Below are positions 35,539 to 45,352 of a stretch of DNA of 64,000 nt, in pieces. The position numbers and the translations under genes are program-made. Each line of letters opens with the position of its first letter. Position 1 is the first letter of the stretch. Source of the stretch: Bosea sp. (in: a-proteobacteria) (lineage in GTDB: Bacteria > Pseudomonadota > Alphaproteobacteria > Rhizobiales > Beijerinckiaceae); NCBI RefSeq assembly GCF_048595345.1, contig NZ_JBMDWH010000173.1, positions 32,221 to 96,220 of the forward strand, in the 5' to 3' direction. The notes below the pieces were generated by a model that saw only the letters and a program-made list of their open reading frames with translations, did not search any database and was not told the DNA's origin.

Positions 35539-36644
35539 GCGCTCAGGGCAGCGACGCCGAACCGGAGGCGCTAGCCCGGGCACAGCCTCCGTCGCAAGTG
35601 TCCGATCACGGTTTCATTCCGGCGATCCAGGGTTTGCGCGGGCTGGCCGCGCTGGCCGTCGTCGCGAGCCACATCTATGCGATGCCTTATCTCGCCGGCC
35701 TCATTCCGCCGGGCTTCCCGCAATGGGCGGATCTCGCTCTGGCCGCGGGCGGGCGGGGCGTGGAGCTGTTCTTCATCATCAGCGGCTATCTCATTCCGGC
35801 CAGCCTGGTCCGGCACGGCGCCTTGTCGAAATTCTTCCTCGACCGGGCGCTGCGCATCATGCCCGTCTTCGTCACGTTGCATGTGGTGCTGTTCGTCATC
35901 GGCCCGGTCATCGGCTACAAATTCTTCGCCGGGATCGATCCCCTCTCCTATCTTCGCATCTTCCTGACCAACCTGTTTTTCATTCAGGATTTCGTCGGCG
36001 ATCCGATTGCTCAGCAGAACGCCTGGACCCTGACCTATGAGTGGGTCTTCTACATTTGGTTCGCGATGCTGTTCACCGCTTTCGCGCGTGGCAGGCTCGC
36101 TCTGGCGGTGTGCCTGGCGGCAGTGGCATTGCCGCTGGTCTGGTTCTTTCCGCGAACCATCTATTTCGGATTGGGCATGCTGATGGCCTGGCGGCCGATA
36201 CGGCTGGTATTGCCCGGAGCGGCTGGCTTGTCGGCCGGCCTCGCCCTGCTCGTGGTGATGTTCGGGCTCTGCGAATATGTATCGCCCTATGCAGGCCTAC
36301 CGCCGGCCGTGCTCCTCTTCGCCATGGTCCTGTCGGGGCGAAACGGGTTCGCCCGGCTGCTGGAGACGGCGGCGCTCCAATTCGTCGGCAAGATCAGCTA
36401 CAGCCTGTATCTCGTCCACCCCTTCATTCTTTTCGCCTGTCTTGCGATGGCAAGGCGCCTCGTCGCGCTGGGTCTCGGGCCATGGACGGTCTTCGCATGC
36501 TTCGCGGTGCTCGGCGTGGCCGCGAGCCTGATCGCAGCGGCCGCGAGCTACGAGATGATCGAGGTTCGGATGCGGCAGCTGATCCGCCGGAATGTGTCAG
36601 CCGTTCGAGCTCTGCCCCGCCTGGGTCGCCTGCCCCGCTCCTGA
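35535..36644 (+). CDS. acyltransferase family 3 (O-acetyltransferase, OafA/ExoZ-like)
   Basis: IPAIQGLRGLAALAVVASHI and GVELFFIISGYLI with 10 TM segments. GTGA start-stop overlap with the upstream gene. Confidence 0.85.
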   Translation: MSAQGSDAEPEALARAQPPSQVSDHGFIPAIQGLRGLAALAVVASHIYAMPYLAGLIPPGFPQWADLALAAGGRGVELFFIISGYLIPASLVRHGALSKFFLDRALRIMPVFVTLHVVLFVIGPVIGYKFFAGIDPLSYLRIFLTNLFFIQDFVGDPIAQQNAWTLTYEWVFYIWFAMLFTAFARGRLALAVCLAAVALPLVWFFPRTIYFGLGMLMAWRPIRLVLPGAAGLSAGLALLVVMFGLCEYVSPYAGLPPAVLLFAMVLSGRNGFARLLETAALQFVGKISYSLYLVHPFILFACLAMARRLVALGLGPWTVFACFAVLGVAASLIAAAASYEMIEVRMRQLIRRNVSAVRALPRLGRLPRS

Positions 36645-37193
36645 CGCCACACCATCCTGAGGCCTGCGGCTGGACATGGCCCGGGCGGGTGCGCCGACAG
36701 CGACGGCACCGGGCGGCACATCCGACAAGACGACGGCATTCGCGCCGATCGCAGACCCGGCTCCAAGACGAACCTGCCCCAGCACGACAGAGCCGGCACC
36801 GAGCACGACATCGTCGCCGATCTCCGGAGTCGCGAGCTCGAAGACGCTCTTGGTCCCGATGGTGACGTTCTGCATGATCGAGACACGTCGCCCGATCTGC
36901 GCCCGGCCGACCACGATGCCATAGGGGTGCGGAATGTAGAGTCCCCCCTGGATCGTCGCCGCCATCGCGATTTCGGCGCTGAAGAGGAGACAGGTCAGCC
37001 ACCACACCACACGCCGCACGATCCGGCCGAGCACCGGAATGGCAAGCAAGGCCTCCTGGAAGCGGTGCGACAGCACGAACTGGAAGCCCGGCGTCACGAG
37101 CACCATCCGCAGCCAGAAGGCCGCGTTCGGCTCGCAGCGTTCGGCACGAGCGTAAGCCTCGATATCCATGCGGATTTTGGCGAGGACGCTCAC
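36597..37193 (-). CDS. serine-acetyltransferase-like hexapeptide O-acetyltransferase (WcaB/CysE family)
   Basis: PGFQFVLSHRFQ, IPHPYGIVVGRAQIGRRVSIMQNVTIG and left-handed beta-helix repeats. Confidence 0.8.
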   Translation of the reverse strand: MSVLAKIRMDIEAYARAERCEPNAAFWLRMVLVTPGFQFVLSHRFQEALLAIPVLGRIVRRVVWWLTCLLFSAEIAMAATIQGGLYIPHPYGIVVGRAQIGRRVSIMQNVTIGTKSVFELATPEIGDDVVLGAGSVVLGQVRLGAGSAIGANAVVLSDVPPGAVAVGAPARAMSSRRPQDGVASGAGQATQAGQSSNG

Positions 37194-37241
37194 GCCGAAG
37201 CTGTTCCCGATCCGTTGCGACAGCTCAGTTCCAACCGATCC

Positions 37242-38471
37242 TCAGCGCCCGATGCCGTCGATATTCGCGGCACTGGAGGTGATCGGGCTGACGACGTTCA
37301 ACAGCTTGATCACTTCGATCGAGGGCGCTTCCGACACGAAGATCACATCCTTGTCGCGCAGCTGGAAGGAGTTCGCGAGGAACAATCCGTCCGGCTTGCT
37401 GAAATCGAGGCTGTAAACCGTCGGGATCGTCTCGCCGATCAGGCTCGACATATCGACGCCGCCACGTTCGAGCATCCGGCGGGATTCGGCGCGCAGCACA
37501 TAGACCGCCTTCGAGTTCGCGCGCGAGCCGTCGAGCCCACCAGCCTTGGCGAGGGCCTCGGCGAGCATCATCCGGTCATTCTCGAAGCTGAAGCGACGGT
37601 TGTTGGATCCCCCGATCGAACCGGGCGAGGGAGTCGAGCCGAAGACGAGGAAGAAGCGCGGCTCCTTCGACAGATAGATCACGTCGCCTGGAGCCATGAA
37701 GATATCGTCGGCCGGTCGCTTGATGATATCGCTCAGCATCTGGCGGACCAGCCGACTGCCGCGCTTCACCGTCACCACGGTCTCGTAGGACGGGGAGCGG
37801 GCACCACCGGCGCGGGCGACCGCGCCCAGCAGACGGATGCCGCCGGGATCGATGGCGAAGCGCAGCGGCGCGCTCACATCGCCGAGGACGCTGATCTGGT
37901 TGCCGCGCTGCTCGACCACTGAAACGACCGCCTGGGGATCGATCGCACGATCCTTGATGCGCTCGCGGATCACCGCGGCGACTTCTCTCGCGGTCAGGCC
38001 CGAGACCCGGATCGTGCCGGCATAGGGCACGACGATGCTGCCGGACTGGTCGACCTGCTGACGCGGGATATCGACGAAATTACCGGCCCGGGAGCCGGCT
38101 TCGCGCGGGATGAAAAGCCCGCCCGCGGCGGCTTCGAAAACCGTCACTGTCACGATATCGCCGATACCGATGGTGACGTCGCCGCTTCGCTTGCCGCCAC
38201 CGAGGCTCGACATGGAGCCGAGCGACGAAGCGGTGGCGCCATTGGTCGAGCGCAGAAGCTCCGGCGTGAGCGAAACCAGCGCGTAATTGACCCGTTCATC
38301 CGACAGCACCGAGAGCTGCGCATTGGCCTGAACGGACTGGATGTTGGGCGTATCTTGCGGTGTGACGCCCGCACAGGCGGACAGCAAAAGCGCGAGCGAG
38401 CTAACGGCGTAAGTGCGGGTCCGCCTGCCAAGCGCTTGGACCGAAGACCCGATGGTAATCAACTCACTCAC
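37242..38471 (-). CDS. outer-membrane polysaccharide export lipoprotein (Wza/OPX family)
   Basis: Lipobox LLLSAC. Poly_export-like GDIVTVTVFEAAAGGLF, plus SLBB-like repeats. Confidence 0.85.
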   Translation of the reverse strand: MSELITIGSSVQALGRRTRTYAVSSLALLLSACAGVTPQDTPNIQSVQANAQLSVLSDERVNYALVSLTPELLRSTNGATASSLGSMSSLGGGKRSGDVTIGIGDIVTVTVFEAAAGGLFIPREAGSRAGNFVDIPRQQVDQSGSIVVPYAGTIRVSGLTAREVAAVIRERIKDRAIDPQAVVSVVEQRGNQISVLGDVSAPLRFAIDPGGIRLLGAVARAGGARSPSYETVVTVKRGSRLVRQMLSDIIKRPADDIFMAPGDVIYLSKEPRFFLVFGSTPSPGSIGGSNNRRFSFENDRMMLAEALAKAGGLDGSRANSKAVYVLRAESRRMLERGGVDMSSLIGETIPTVYSLDFSKPDGLFLANSFQLRDKDVIFVSEAPSIEVIKLLNVVSPITSSAANIDGIGR

Positions 38472-38630
38472 GCCCGTTCCTTTATGAATAGATCCGGCAC
38501 TCGGCCTTAACAGCTAAATCGACCTCGAACCACCTTTATCGTTCGCACCTGCAGTATAGGCCGGAATCTGTGGCACGAGGGCCACGGCATTGTTTCTGCA
38601 ATGCCAGCGTCGGCGACGGCCGGGACTCGA

Positions 38631-39800
38631 TCACCGTGCCGCGTTTCTAGCCGGATTCCTTGCATCTGCCGATACGTTAGCGGCTGAATGACTGGCTGGC
38701 TCATGAGCTGGAGAGGTTTCCCGATACAGTTCCTGAAGTTTGATCTGCATGGTGTCGACCAGGAAAAGGCGCCTGAAGCGCTGGAAGCCGGCCTCGCCCA
38801 TCGGCCGGAGCGGCATGTCCAGAGCCCGTTTCAATCCGGCGACCAACGCTTCTGCGCCGGGCGGCGAGCAGAGAATTCCGGTCACGCCGTCCTCGACGAT
38901 TTCCGGCAAGGCTCCGACGGCAAATGCGACGATGGGCCTCCGTGCCCGCATCGCCTCCAGCGCGACCAGGCCGAACCCCTCCCAACGGGAGGGGATGACC
39001 ACGAGATCGGCAGCATCGAGTTGGGCCTCGATGATCTGGGGTGACTGCCAGCCGAGCATCTCGACATTGGCGGGATGCTCCAGCGCCTGCTCGCGCCCGA
39101 CCACCGTCGAGCCGATCATCCGCAGGTGGACCTCTGTCTGGAGATCGGCCGCGGCTTCCAACAGGATATCGTATCCTTTCTGCCGATCGAGACGGCCGAT
39201 AAACAGCACCTTCAGGCGCTCATCGGACCATTCGGCGGCGGGATAGTCGGGTCGCTCATTGCTCATGCCGTTGTAGATCAACGCCAGACGCCTGTCCGCG
39301 ATCCCTGCCTCGAGGGCCGCGCGCCGTTCGCAGTCGGAAATGCAGACGATCCGGTCCGCCAGCGGGGCGAGCAGACGCTCCATCGTCCGCGTGACGACCC
39401 GGCTGGCCGTACTGGATTCGCGCAGAAACGCCCAGCCATGCGGGCAGTAGACGACTGCCAGCCTCGGAAACAGCAGTTTGAGCATAGGCCGCAGGATGCC
39501 CGAGAAGGTCGAGTGCAGATGCACCACGTCCGGTCGGAAGCGGCGAATGGCCCTGCAGGTGCTGACCGCCATGCCGGACATGCTGCTGACATCCCGGCCT
39601 TTGCGAACAAAGGTCGTGATGCTTGCATCCGGCACCGCATCGAGGTCGCGCTTGTGATCCTGGGGAATGACATAGGCGAGATTCTCCTCGCCGAGCGCGA
39701 CCGCGTGGTGGCGGTGCAATTCGTTCAGATAGGTCGCGATGCCGCCACGCACCGTCTCGGCGACATGCAGGATTCTCGGCGGCCTCGAGCGGTCGGTCAT
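38631..39800 (-). CDS. glycosyltransferase family 4 (GT-B)
   Basis: ILHVAETVRGGIATY at the N-terminus and the EX7E region SRWEGFGLVALEAMRARRPIVA. Confidence 0.85.
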   Translation of the reverse strand: MTDRSRPPRILHVAETVRGGIATYLNELHRHHAVALGEENLAYVIPQDHKRDLDAVPDASITTFVRKGRDVSSMSGMAVSTCRAIRRFRPDVVHLHSTFSGILRPMLKLLFPRLAVVYCPHGWAFLRESSTASRVVTRTMERLLAPLADRIVCISDCERRAALEAGIADRRLALIYNGMSNERPDYPAAEWSDERLKVLFIGRLDRQKGYDILLEAAADLQTEVHLRMIGSTVVGREQALEHPANVEMLGWQSPQIIEAQLDAADLVVIPSRWEGFGLVALEAMRARRPIVAFAVGALPEIVEDGVTGILCSPPGAEALVAGLKRALDMPLRPMGEAGFQRFRRLFLVDTMQIKLQELYRETSPAHEPASHSAANVSADARNPARNAAR

Positions 39801-39950
39801 GAGAAATCTCCGCAGGCAAGGTCGGACGTCGAAGCCGCCATAGCCGCGAGGCGCAGGCTGGCGATGGCGACGTGGTGCATCGGCACGGCTGGAGCCGCGA
39901 GGATGGGCTGGCGCGCTGACGATGAGCCGATACGGGCAGGATCGGTCATT

Positions 39951-41057
39951 CTAGCGCCCCGCGAGGGCCGAAACGGCCCTGGTCAATGCTTCGGCGGAGG
40001 CTCGCCAGGAATAATGCGCGAGCCGCTGCGACTGCTTCGCTTCGAGCAGATCGAGCGGAGGAACGCCATCGATCCGCTCCTGCATCAACCGCGCGAGAGC
40101 CGCCGCATCGCGGGGATCGAAATAACACGCCGCCTCTGCACACACTTCCATCAGAGCCTCGGCGGTCGAGGCGAGCACGGGGCAGCCGAACGTCATCGCC
40201 TCCAGCGGCGGCAGGCCGAAGCCCTCGTAAAGGCTCGGAAACACGAAGGCTGTCGCATTCTGGTAGAGCGCGGCGATCTCGGCATCCGACAGCCGCCCCG
40301 CCCAGATCGCACCGTCTCCCGAGCCCTGCCCGCCGCCGAAGACCTGCTGGTTTCCGCCTCCGACGACGACCAACGGGTAATCCGGGCGCGCCAACAGCTT
40401 GGCCGCCTCGATCGCGACGGCGATGTTCTTGTTGCGGTTCATCGAGCCGACGGCCAGGAAGAAACGCTTTGGCGCCAGGCCGAGCTTGCCGATGATCGAG
40501 CCGTCCGGAACGATGCTGCGCAGATGCTCGGCGCTGTTCGGGATGACGCTGAGCCGATCCTCGGGAACCGACAGGGCCGCAGCCAGCTCCCGGCGCGAAA
40601 AATAGGAGACCGTCCCGAGCTGCGCCATGCGCGCATAGAGCCGGCCCAGCGTGCGGTGCAGCAGCAGGTAGCTGCGGCTGAAAAACTCCGGATGGCGATA
40701 GACCTGGGCGTCGTGGAGCACGATCAGATGCCGCCGGTGCAGAGCAGGCCCGGAATTCGCCAGGCTGACGAGGATTCCGCCCCGCGCGGCGCGCGCCAGG
40801 TCGATCTGGTCCCAGGCATGGCCCTTCATGCGCCCCACCCGCCTTTGCCGGATCGCCGCCAGCGGCAGCTCGGTCGCGGCATTCGGCGGCAGCAGCAGGG
40901 TGAAGCGGGCGCCGTTCAGCGGGGCTGGCAGGCTACCCGCGACGATCAGCTCGTCCAGCGCCTTCACGAGCTCGGTGGCATAACGCTGCACACCCGTCAG
41001 CGCCTGCGACAGGAAGCGCCCGTTGATGAAGATCTCCGGCGGCTGCGCAGGGTTCAA
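39951..41057 (-). CDS. glycosyltransferase family 4 (GT-B)
   Basis: TTG start at 41057, preceded by AGGAG and overlapping the upstream stop (TTGA). FINGRFLSQALTGVQRY and SLYEGFGLPPLEAMTFGCPVLAS. Confidence 0.8.
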   Translation of the reverse strand: MNPAQPPEIFINGRFLSQALTGVQRYATELVKALDELIVAGSLPAPLNGARFTLLLPPNAATELPLAAIRQRRVGRMKGHAWDQIDLARAARGGILVSLANSGPALHRRHLIVLHDAQVYRHPEFFSRSYLLLHRTLGRLYARMAQLGTVSYFSRRELAAALSVPEDRLSVIPNSAEHLRSIVPDGSIIGKLGLAPKRFFLAVGSMNRNKNIAVAIEAAKLLARPDYPLVVVGGGNQQVFGGGQGSGDGAIWAGRLSDAEIAALYQNATAFVFPSLYEGFGLPPLEAMTFGCPVLASTAEALMEVCAEAACYFDPRDAAALARLMQERIDGVPPLDLLEAKQSQRLAHYSWRASAEALTRAVSALAGR

Positions 41058-41626
41058 GACGTCGGCTCCTGATGGAGCGGAACGGCTGTCGGGGCTACGC
41101 CGTCGGCCTCGAGCGACTTCTTGATCACCGCCGGAACGCCGGCGACCAGAACATTGTCGGGCACGGATTCGCGCACGAGCGCGCCGCTGGCCACGATCGC
41201 ACCCCGGCCGATCGTCACACCAGGCAGGATCGTGACCCGGGTTCCGATCCACGCCCCGGCGCCGACCGAGACCGGCCTGGCCGCGACCTTGCCCGCTCGC
41301 CGGCTAGCGGGTCCGATCTCGTGATCGGCGGTTACGAAGGCGCAATGGGTGCCGATAAAGACCCCGTCGCCGATGGCGATATCGGCCGAAAGGTCGAAAT
41401 AACACTGCCGATTGACGAAACAGTCGCGCCCGACCGAGAGCCGCGCGACCGGGCCGAGATTGATGTAGCTGTCACCGGCGAAGGCCGTGCCCGGCCCGAT
41501 GCTGACACCCATGAGGCGATAGATGCCGTTGCGCAGATGTTTGCTGACGCTGTCGGCCGGCAGCAGATTGGCGACCAGATTGCCGATCTGACAGCCCCAC
41601 TTGCGACGGAAGGTGTTGAATGACAT
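41054..41626 (-). CDS. hexapeptide-repeat O-acetyltransferase (maltose/galactoside acetyltransferase-like)
   Basis: Left-handed beta-helix repeats IGDGVFIGTHCAFVTADHEI ... VGAGAWIGTRVTILPGVTIGRGAIVASGALV. Confidence 0.85.
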   Translation of the reverse strand: MSFNTFRRKWGCQIGNLVANLLPADSVSKHLRNGIYRLMGVSIGPGTAFAGDSYINLGPVARLSVGRDCFVNRQCYFDLSADIAIGDGVFIGTHCAFVTADHEIGPASRRAGKVAARPVSVGAGAWIGTRVTILPGVTIGRGAIVASGALVRESVPDNVLVAGVPAVIKKSLEADGVAPTAVPLHQEPTS

Positions 41627-41644
41627 GGCCTGCTCGTTTTCCTG

Positions 41645-43105
41645 TCAGATGCGGGCCGGCCTGCCGGCCATCGCAAGGACCATGCCGACGACCTCTTTCA
41701 CCAGGGCAGGCTTGAAGACGAACAGCGCACCCGCATAGATCGCCACACCGGCCGACGCGAAGAGCAGAATGGTCGGAACGGGCCCGAAGGCCGGCAGCAG
41801 GCTCTTCAGCCCCAGAAGCGCCGCGATCATCACGCCGGTGGCGAGCAGCGGTGCGGCGACCGCGCGCAAGGTCGCGACGCCTTGCACCCCCGTCGACCGC
41901 GACATCGTCCAGAAGATCGCGGGTGTCACGACAGCTAGGCGAATGATGTTGCCGGCAGCAGCAGCCTCGACACCATGGCGGGCGCACAGATAGGCCACCA
42001 GCGCGCTGGCAACGAACTCGAAAACGTTGATCGCCAGAACCATGCGCGTCGCACCGACCGCCATCAGCGCATTCGACTTGTAGAAGATCAGCGGGATGAA
42101 GATTGATGTCAGCGTCAGGATCTGCATCAGCGGCACGCTCGGAGCCCATTTCGCGCCGAACATCAGGGCAATCAGCTCCGGCGCGATGATGGCCGCGCCG
42201 AGAAACATCGGATAGGCGAACACCGCCGTCATCTGCACGAGGCGCAGATAGGCGCGGCCGAATGCGGCCCTGTCGTCCTGCAGACGCGAGAGAGAGGTGA
42301 GCGTCACGGCCGTAATCGGCCGGATCGAAAGCTCCTGCAGGAGATCGAGCGCCCGCCACGCGATGCGCAGATAGCCGAGGGCGACGGGACCCAGGACATA
42401 GCCCACGATCAGATCGATGATCCGCTGGTTGCCGCTGCCCAGCACCGAGGCGACCGCCAATGTCGACCCGCCGGCGAGCTGGCGCGACGCGACCCCGGCC
42501 TTCCAGATCAGGCGCGGCCACCAGCCGGTCGCATAGATCATCGCGACCAGCAGCCAGACCATGTAGATCAACCTCTGCGCCACGAGGCTGTAGACGCCAA
42601 AGCCGGTCAGCGCCATGGCCAGCGCAACCACCCCGCTCACGAATGTCGCGGTGACATTGCGGCCCGCCAACGCCTTGAACCCGAATTCCCGCCGCAGCAT
42701 GGCCTCGTAGACCGCACCAGCCGCGAACAGCAGGCAGGTCAGGGAGAGCCATTGCATCACGGGCTGCAGGCCCGGCGCCGAAAATGCCGCTTCCATCGGG
42801 CCGCTGGCAGCGAAGAGCGCGGCGGTGAGAAACCCGCCAATGCCGATGCTGGACCAGAAAGCCGTGCTCGCTTCGTCGTCATGCAGCACCTTCTGCTGGA
42901 TGACGACCTCGGTGAGCCCGGCCCTGCCGAGCGCACCGCTGAGCTCGATGAAGACCGCCGCGATCCCGACCAGGCCGAACGCCTCCGGCCCGAGCTGTCG
43001 CGCCAGCACGATGAACAGCACGAACTGGAAGACGGTCTGCCCGCCCGTCCCGAGCATCATCCAGACGACGCCGGACGCCGTCCGCCCTGCGCCCCGAGCC
43101 GCCAT
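41645..43105 (-). CDS. MOP-superfamily polysaccharide flippase (Wzx-like), copy 1
   Basis: 486 aa with about 14 TM segments and an N-terminus typical of Polysacc_synt proteins (VVWMMLGTGGQTVFQFVLFIVLARQLGPEAFG). Confidence 0.85.
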   Translation of the reverse strand: MAARGAGRTASGVVWMMLGTGGQTVFQFVLFIVLARQLGPEAFGLVGIAAVFIELSGALGRAGLTEVVIQQKVLHDDEASTAFWSSIGIGGFLTAALFAASGPMEAAFSAPGLQPVMQWLSLTCLLFAAGAVYEAMLRREFGFKALAGRNVTATFVSGVVALAMALTGFGVYSLVAQRLIYMVWLLVAMIYATGWWPRLIWKAGVASRQLAGGSTLAVASVLGSGNQRIIDLIVGYVLGPVALGYLRIAWRALDLLQELSIRPITAVTLTSLSRLQDDRAAFGRAYLRLVQMTAVFAYPMFLGAAIIAPELIALMFGAKWAPSVPLMQILTLTSIFIPLIFYKSNALMAVGATRMVLAINVFEFVASALVAYLCARHGVEAAAAGNIIRLAVVTPAIFWTMSRSTGVQGVATLRAVAAPLLATGVMIAALLGLKSLLPAFGPVPTILLFASAGVAIYAGALFVFKPALVKEVVGMVLAMAGRPARI

Positions 43106-44142
43106 CAGGATTTAACCGCTGTCTGAGCACCGAAAGGCAAAAGCGAGCGCAGCTTTCGGAGGACCAGTGAGGGCAGGAACTGGATTGAAGACGGATGCGC
43201 GGCCAGCCGTTTCAGGGTGCCGATAATACCCAGATTCCGTCGCGCCTCGAGAGTAATCAGGAATTCGTTGAAGGCGAGCATCCGCGCCCGCCTCTGTTCG
43301 ACCAGGCGCCGGGCCGCCATCGAAATGCGGGCGCCATAGGCCTGAAGGAAGTCGTCGCACGACTTGGCCTTCTTGATGTAATCGGTCTTGGTGCGGGAGA
43401 ACTCGGATATCTTGCGCGATACGGGCCCAAAGGTCGGCGTATAGATGTAAAATGCCTCTTTCGCGATCTCCATCCTGGCCTTGCAGGCGAGCAGCGCGGA
43501 GTAGAGATACGAATCTTCACCATGCCTATAGGCAGTAGGATAGGCGAGATCATTGGCCTTCAGAAAATCCGACCGGAATATCGGCTTCATCAGGCCGAAC
43601 TGATAGCCGCTCTCGACAAAATCGTAGCGGAGGAATTCTTCAAGCGTCAGCGTGAAATAGGCCCCACCGAAGTCCTTCAGCCGGTTGATGACCGCGGGGA
43701 TGGTGGCATCCGCATGATAATCGTGAATGTCGATATTGTCCGCGATCGCGTCGAGTTTCTCTGCCTGCGCACGGGCGATCAACGTCTCCAGCCGCGTGGG
43801 TTTGAAGGCATCGTCAGCGTCCAGGATCGCGATCCACTCGCCTCTCGCATGGCGAAAGCCGAGATTGCGCGCTGCCGAGGGCCCCCCATTCGTCTCCGCC
43901 TTCACCAGCCGGATGCGACCGTCGATCCTCACCATCTCCTCGACGACCTCAACCGTTGCGTCGCTGGAGACGTCGTCCACGATGACGAGCTCGAAATTCT
44001 GCAAGCTCTGATCCTGGACGGATTTCACCGCGCGCCCGATGCAGCCGGCGGCGTTGTAGGCCGGGATGACAACGGTCACGAGAGGCGTTTCGGCCTCGAC
44101 GGGGGAGGACATGCTCATGCCTTTCGGGGGGTGCGGGGTCAC
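43105..44142 (-). CDS. glycosyltransferase family 2
   Basis: VTVVIPAYNAAGCIGRAVKSVQDQSLQNFELVIVDDVSSD and ILDADD. The stop shares one nucleotide with the flippase ATG. Confidence 0.85.
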   Translation of the reverse strand: MTPHPPKGMSMSSPVEAETPLVTVVIPAYNAAGCIGRAVKSVQDQSLQNFELVIVDDVSSDATVEVVEEMVRIDGRIRLVKAETNGGPSAARNLGFRHARGEWIAILDADDAFKPTRLETLIARAQAEKLDAIADNIDIHDYHADATIPAVINRLKDFGGAYFTLTLEEFLRYDFVESGYQFGLMKPIFRSDFLKANDLAYPTAYRHGEDSYLYSALLACKARMEIAKEAFYIYTPTFGPVSRKISEFSRTKTDYIKKAKSCDDFLQAYGARISMAARRLVEQRRARMLAFNEFLITLEARRNLGIIGTLKRLAAHPSSIQFLPSLVLRKLRSLLPFGAQTAVKS

Positions 44143-44145
44143 AAC

Positions 44146-45291
44146 TCAGCCAAACGTCTGCTCGGCGCAGCGGCGCCATGTCAGGCTTTCGGCCCAGGCG
44201 CGGGCCGCTTCGCCGAGCCGGTCGCGCTCGGGCTGATCGGCCAGCAGGCGGCTGATCGCCATCCCGGCAGCCCGCGGGTCGCGATAATCGACCAGCAGCC
44301 CGGTCTTGCCGTCGAGAACGACCTCCGGCACGCCCCCGACCGGGGACGCAATGCTGGGGACGCTTTGGGCCGCCGCCTCGAGATAGACCAGGCCGAACCC
44401 TTCGATCTTGTCGCTGCGGTCCTCGCCCAGCAGCAGGAACAGGTAAGCCTGCGCGTAGAGGCCGCGGACATCCTCTTCGGCCAGCGGCCCGGTGAAGATG
44501 ACAGGCAGCCCGATCGTCGAAGCCTGCGCTTTCAGCGCGTCGGCATGGGCCGGATCGCCGGCCTTGCCGACGACGACGTAAGCGAGCTGGTCTTTTTCCT
44601 CCGGCGCCAGATGCTCCAGCGCGGCGAGAACATGGCGATGACCCTTGCGTTCGTCGAGCCGGGAGACGCTGAGGAGCAGCTTCCGGTCGGCCGCAATGCC
44701 AAGGCGCAGGCGCAGCTCGGCCGCGTCGCCGGCCGGCGCGAACCAGTTGCGTCCGACGCCCAGGAGGGCCACCTGCGCCCGCGCATCGGTGATCGCCGGA
44801 TGCTCGCGGCGCGCAATCGTCAGGGTATAGCGGCTGTTGGCGACGACCTTTTCGGCAAGACCGAGCGTGCGACCGGCTCCGACCAGGCGCGGCAGCCGCG
44901 CCTGGTTGAGCAGCAGCGCGTCGGTGCCATGCAGGATCACGCGGAACCGCAGCGGCCGCAGCAGGGCGACGAACCGCGCGGCGATGATCAGCGGCCAATC
45001 CGCCAGATGCACGATGTCGTAGCGGCCGACATCCGCCGCGAGCAGCCGTCGGACATAGGTCAGCAGCGAGCGCAAGGAATGGCGCGTGTAATGAGCGATC
45101 GGAAGGCGTTCGACGGCGAAGGGCAATGCGGCATCGAACGCCGCATTGTCGGTGTCATGGGCCGGCGCGACCACCGTCACCTGATGGCCGAGCTCGGTCG
45201 CAGCCCTTGCGATCTCGACGCAATAGGTCCCGACCCCACCCAGAAGCGGAGGAAACTCGTAGGTCAGGATCAGGATGCGTTTTTGGCTCAT
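44146..45291 (-). CDS. glycosyltransferase family 4 (GT-B)
   Basis: ILILTYEFPPLLGGVGTY and the EGFGLVYLEAAAQSVPSIAS region. Confidence 0.85.
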   Translation of the reverse strand: MSQKRILILTYEFPPLLGGVGTYCVEIARAATELGHQVTVVAPAHDTDNAAFDAALPFAVERLPIAHYTRHSLRSLLTYVRRLLAADVGRYDIVHLADWPLIIAARFVALLRPLRFRVILHGTDALLLNQARLPRLVGAGRTLGLAEKVVANSRYTLTIARREHPAITDARAQVALLGVGRNWFAPAGDAAELRLRLGIAADRKLLLSVSRLDERKGHRHVLAALEHLAPEEKDQLAYVVVGKAGDPAHADALKAQASTIGLPVIFTGPLAEEDVRGLYAQAYLFLLLGEDRSDKIEGFGLVYLEAAAQSVPSIASPVGGVPEVVLDGKTGLLVDYRDPRAAGMAISRLLADQPERDRLGEAARAWAESLTWRRCAEQTFG

Positions 45292-45352
45292 GAGACGATG
45301 ATCTCGACCGGCGCGCGCGGTTGGACCCGCCGGAAGGCGATTGCAGGACAGG

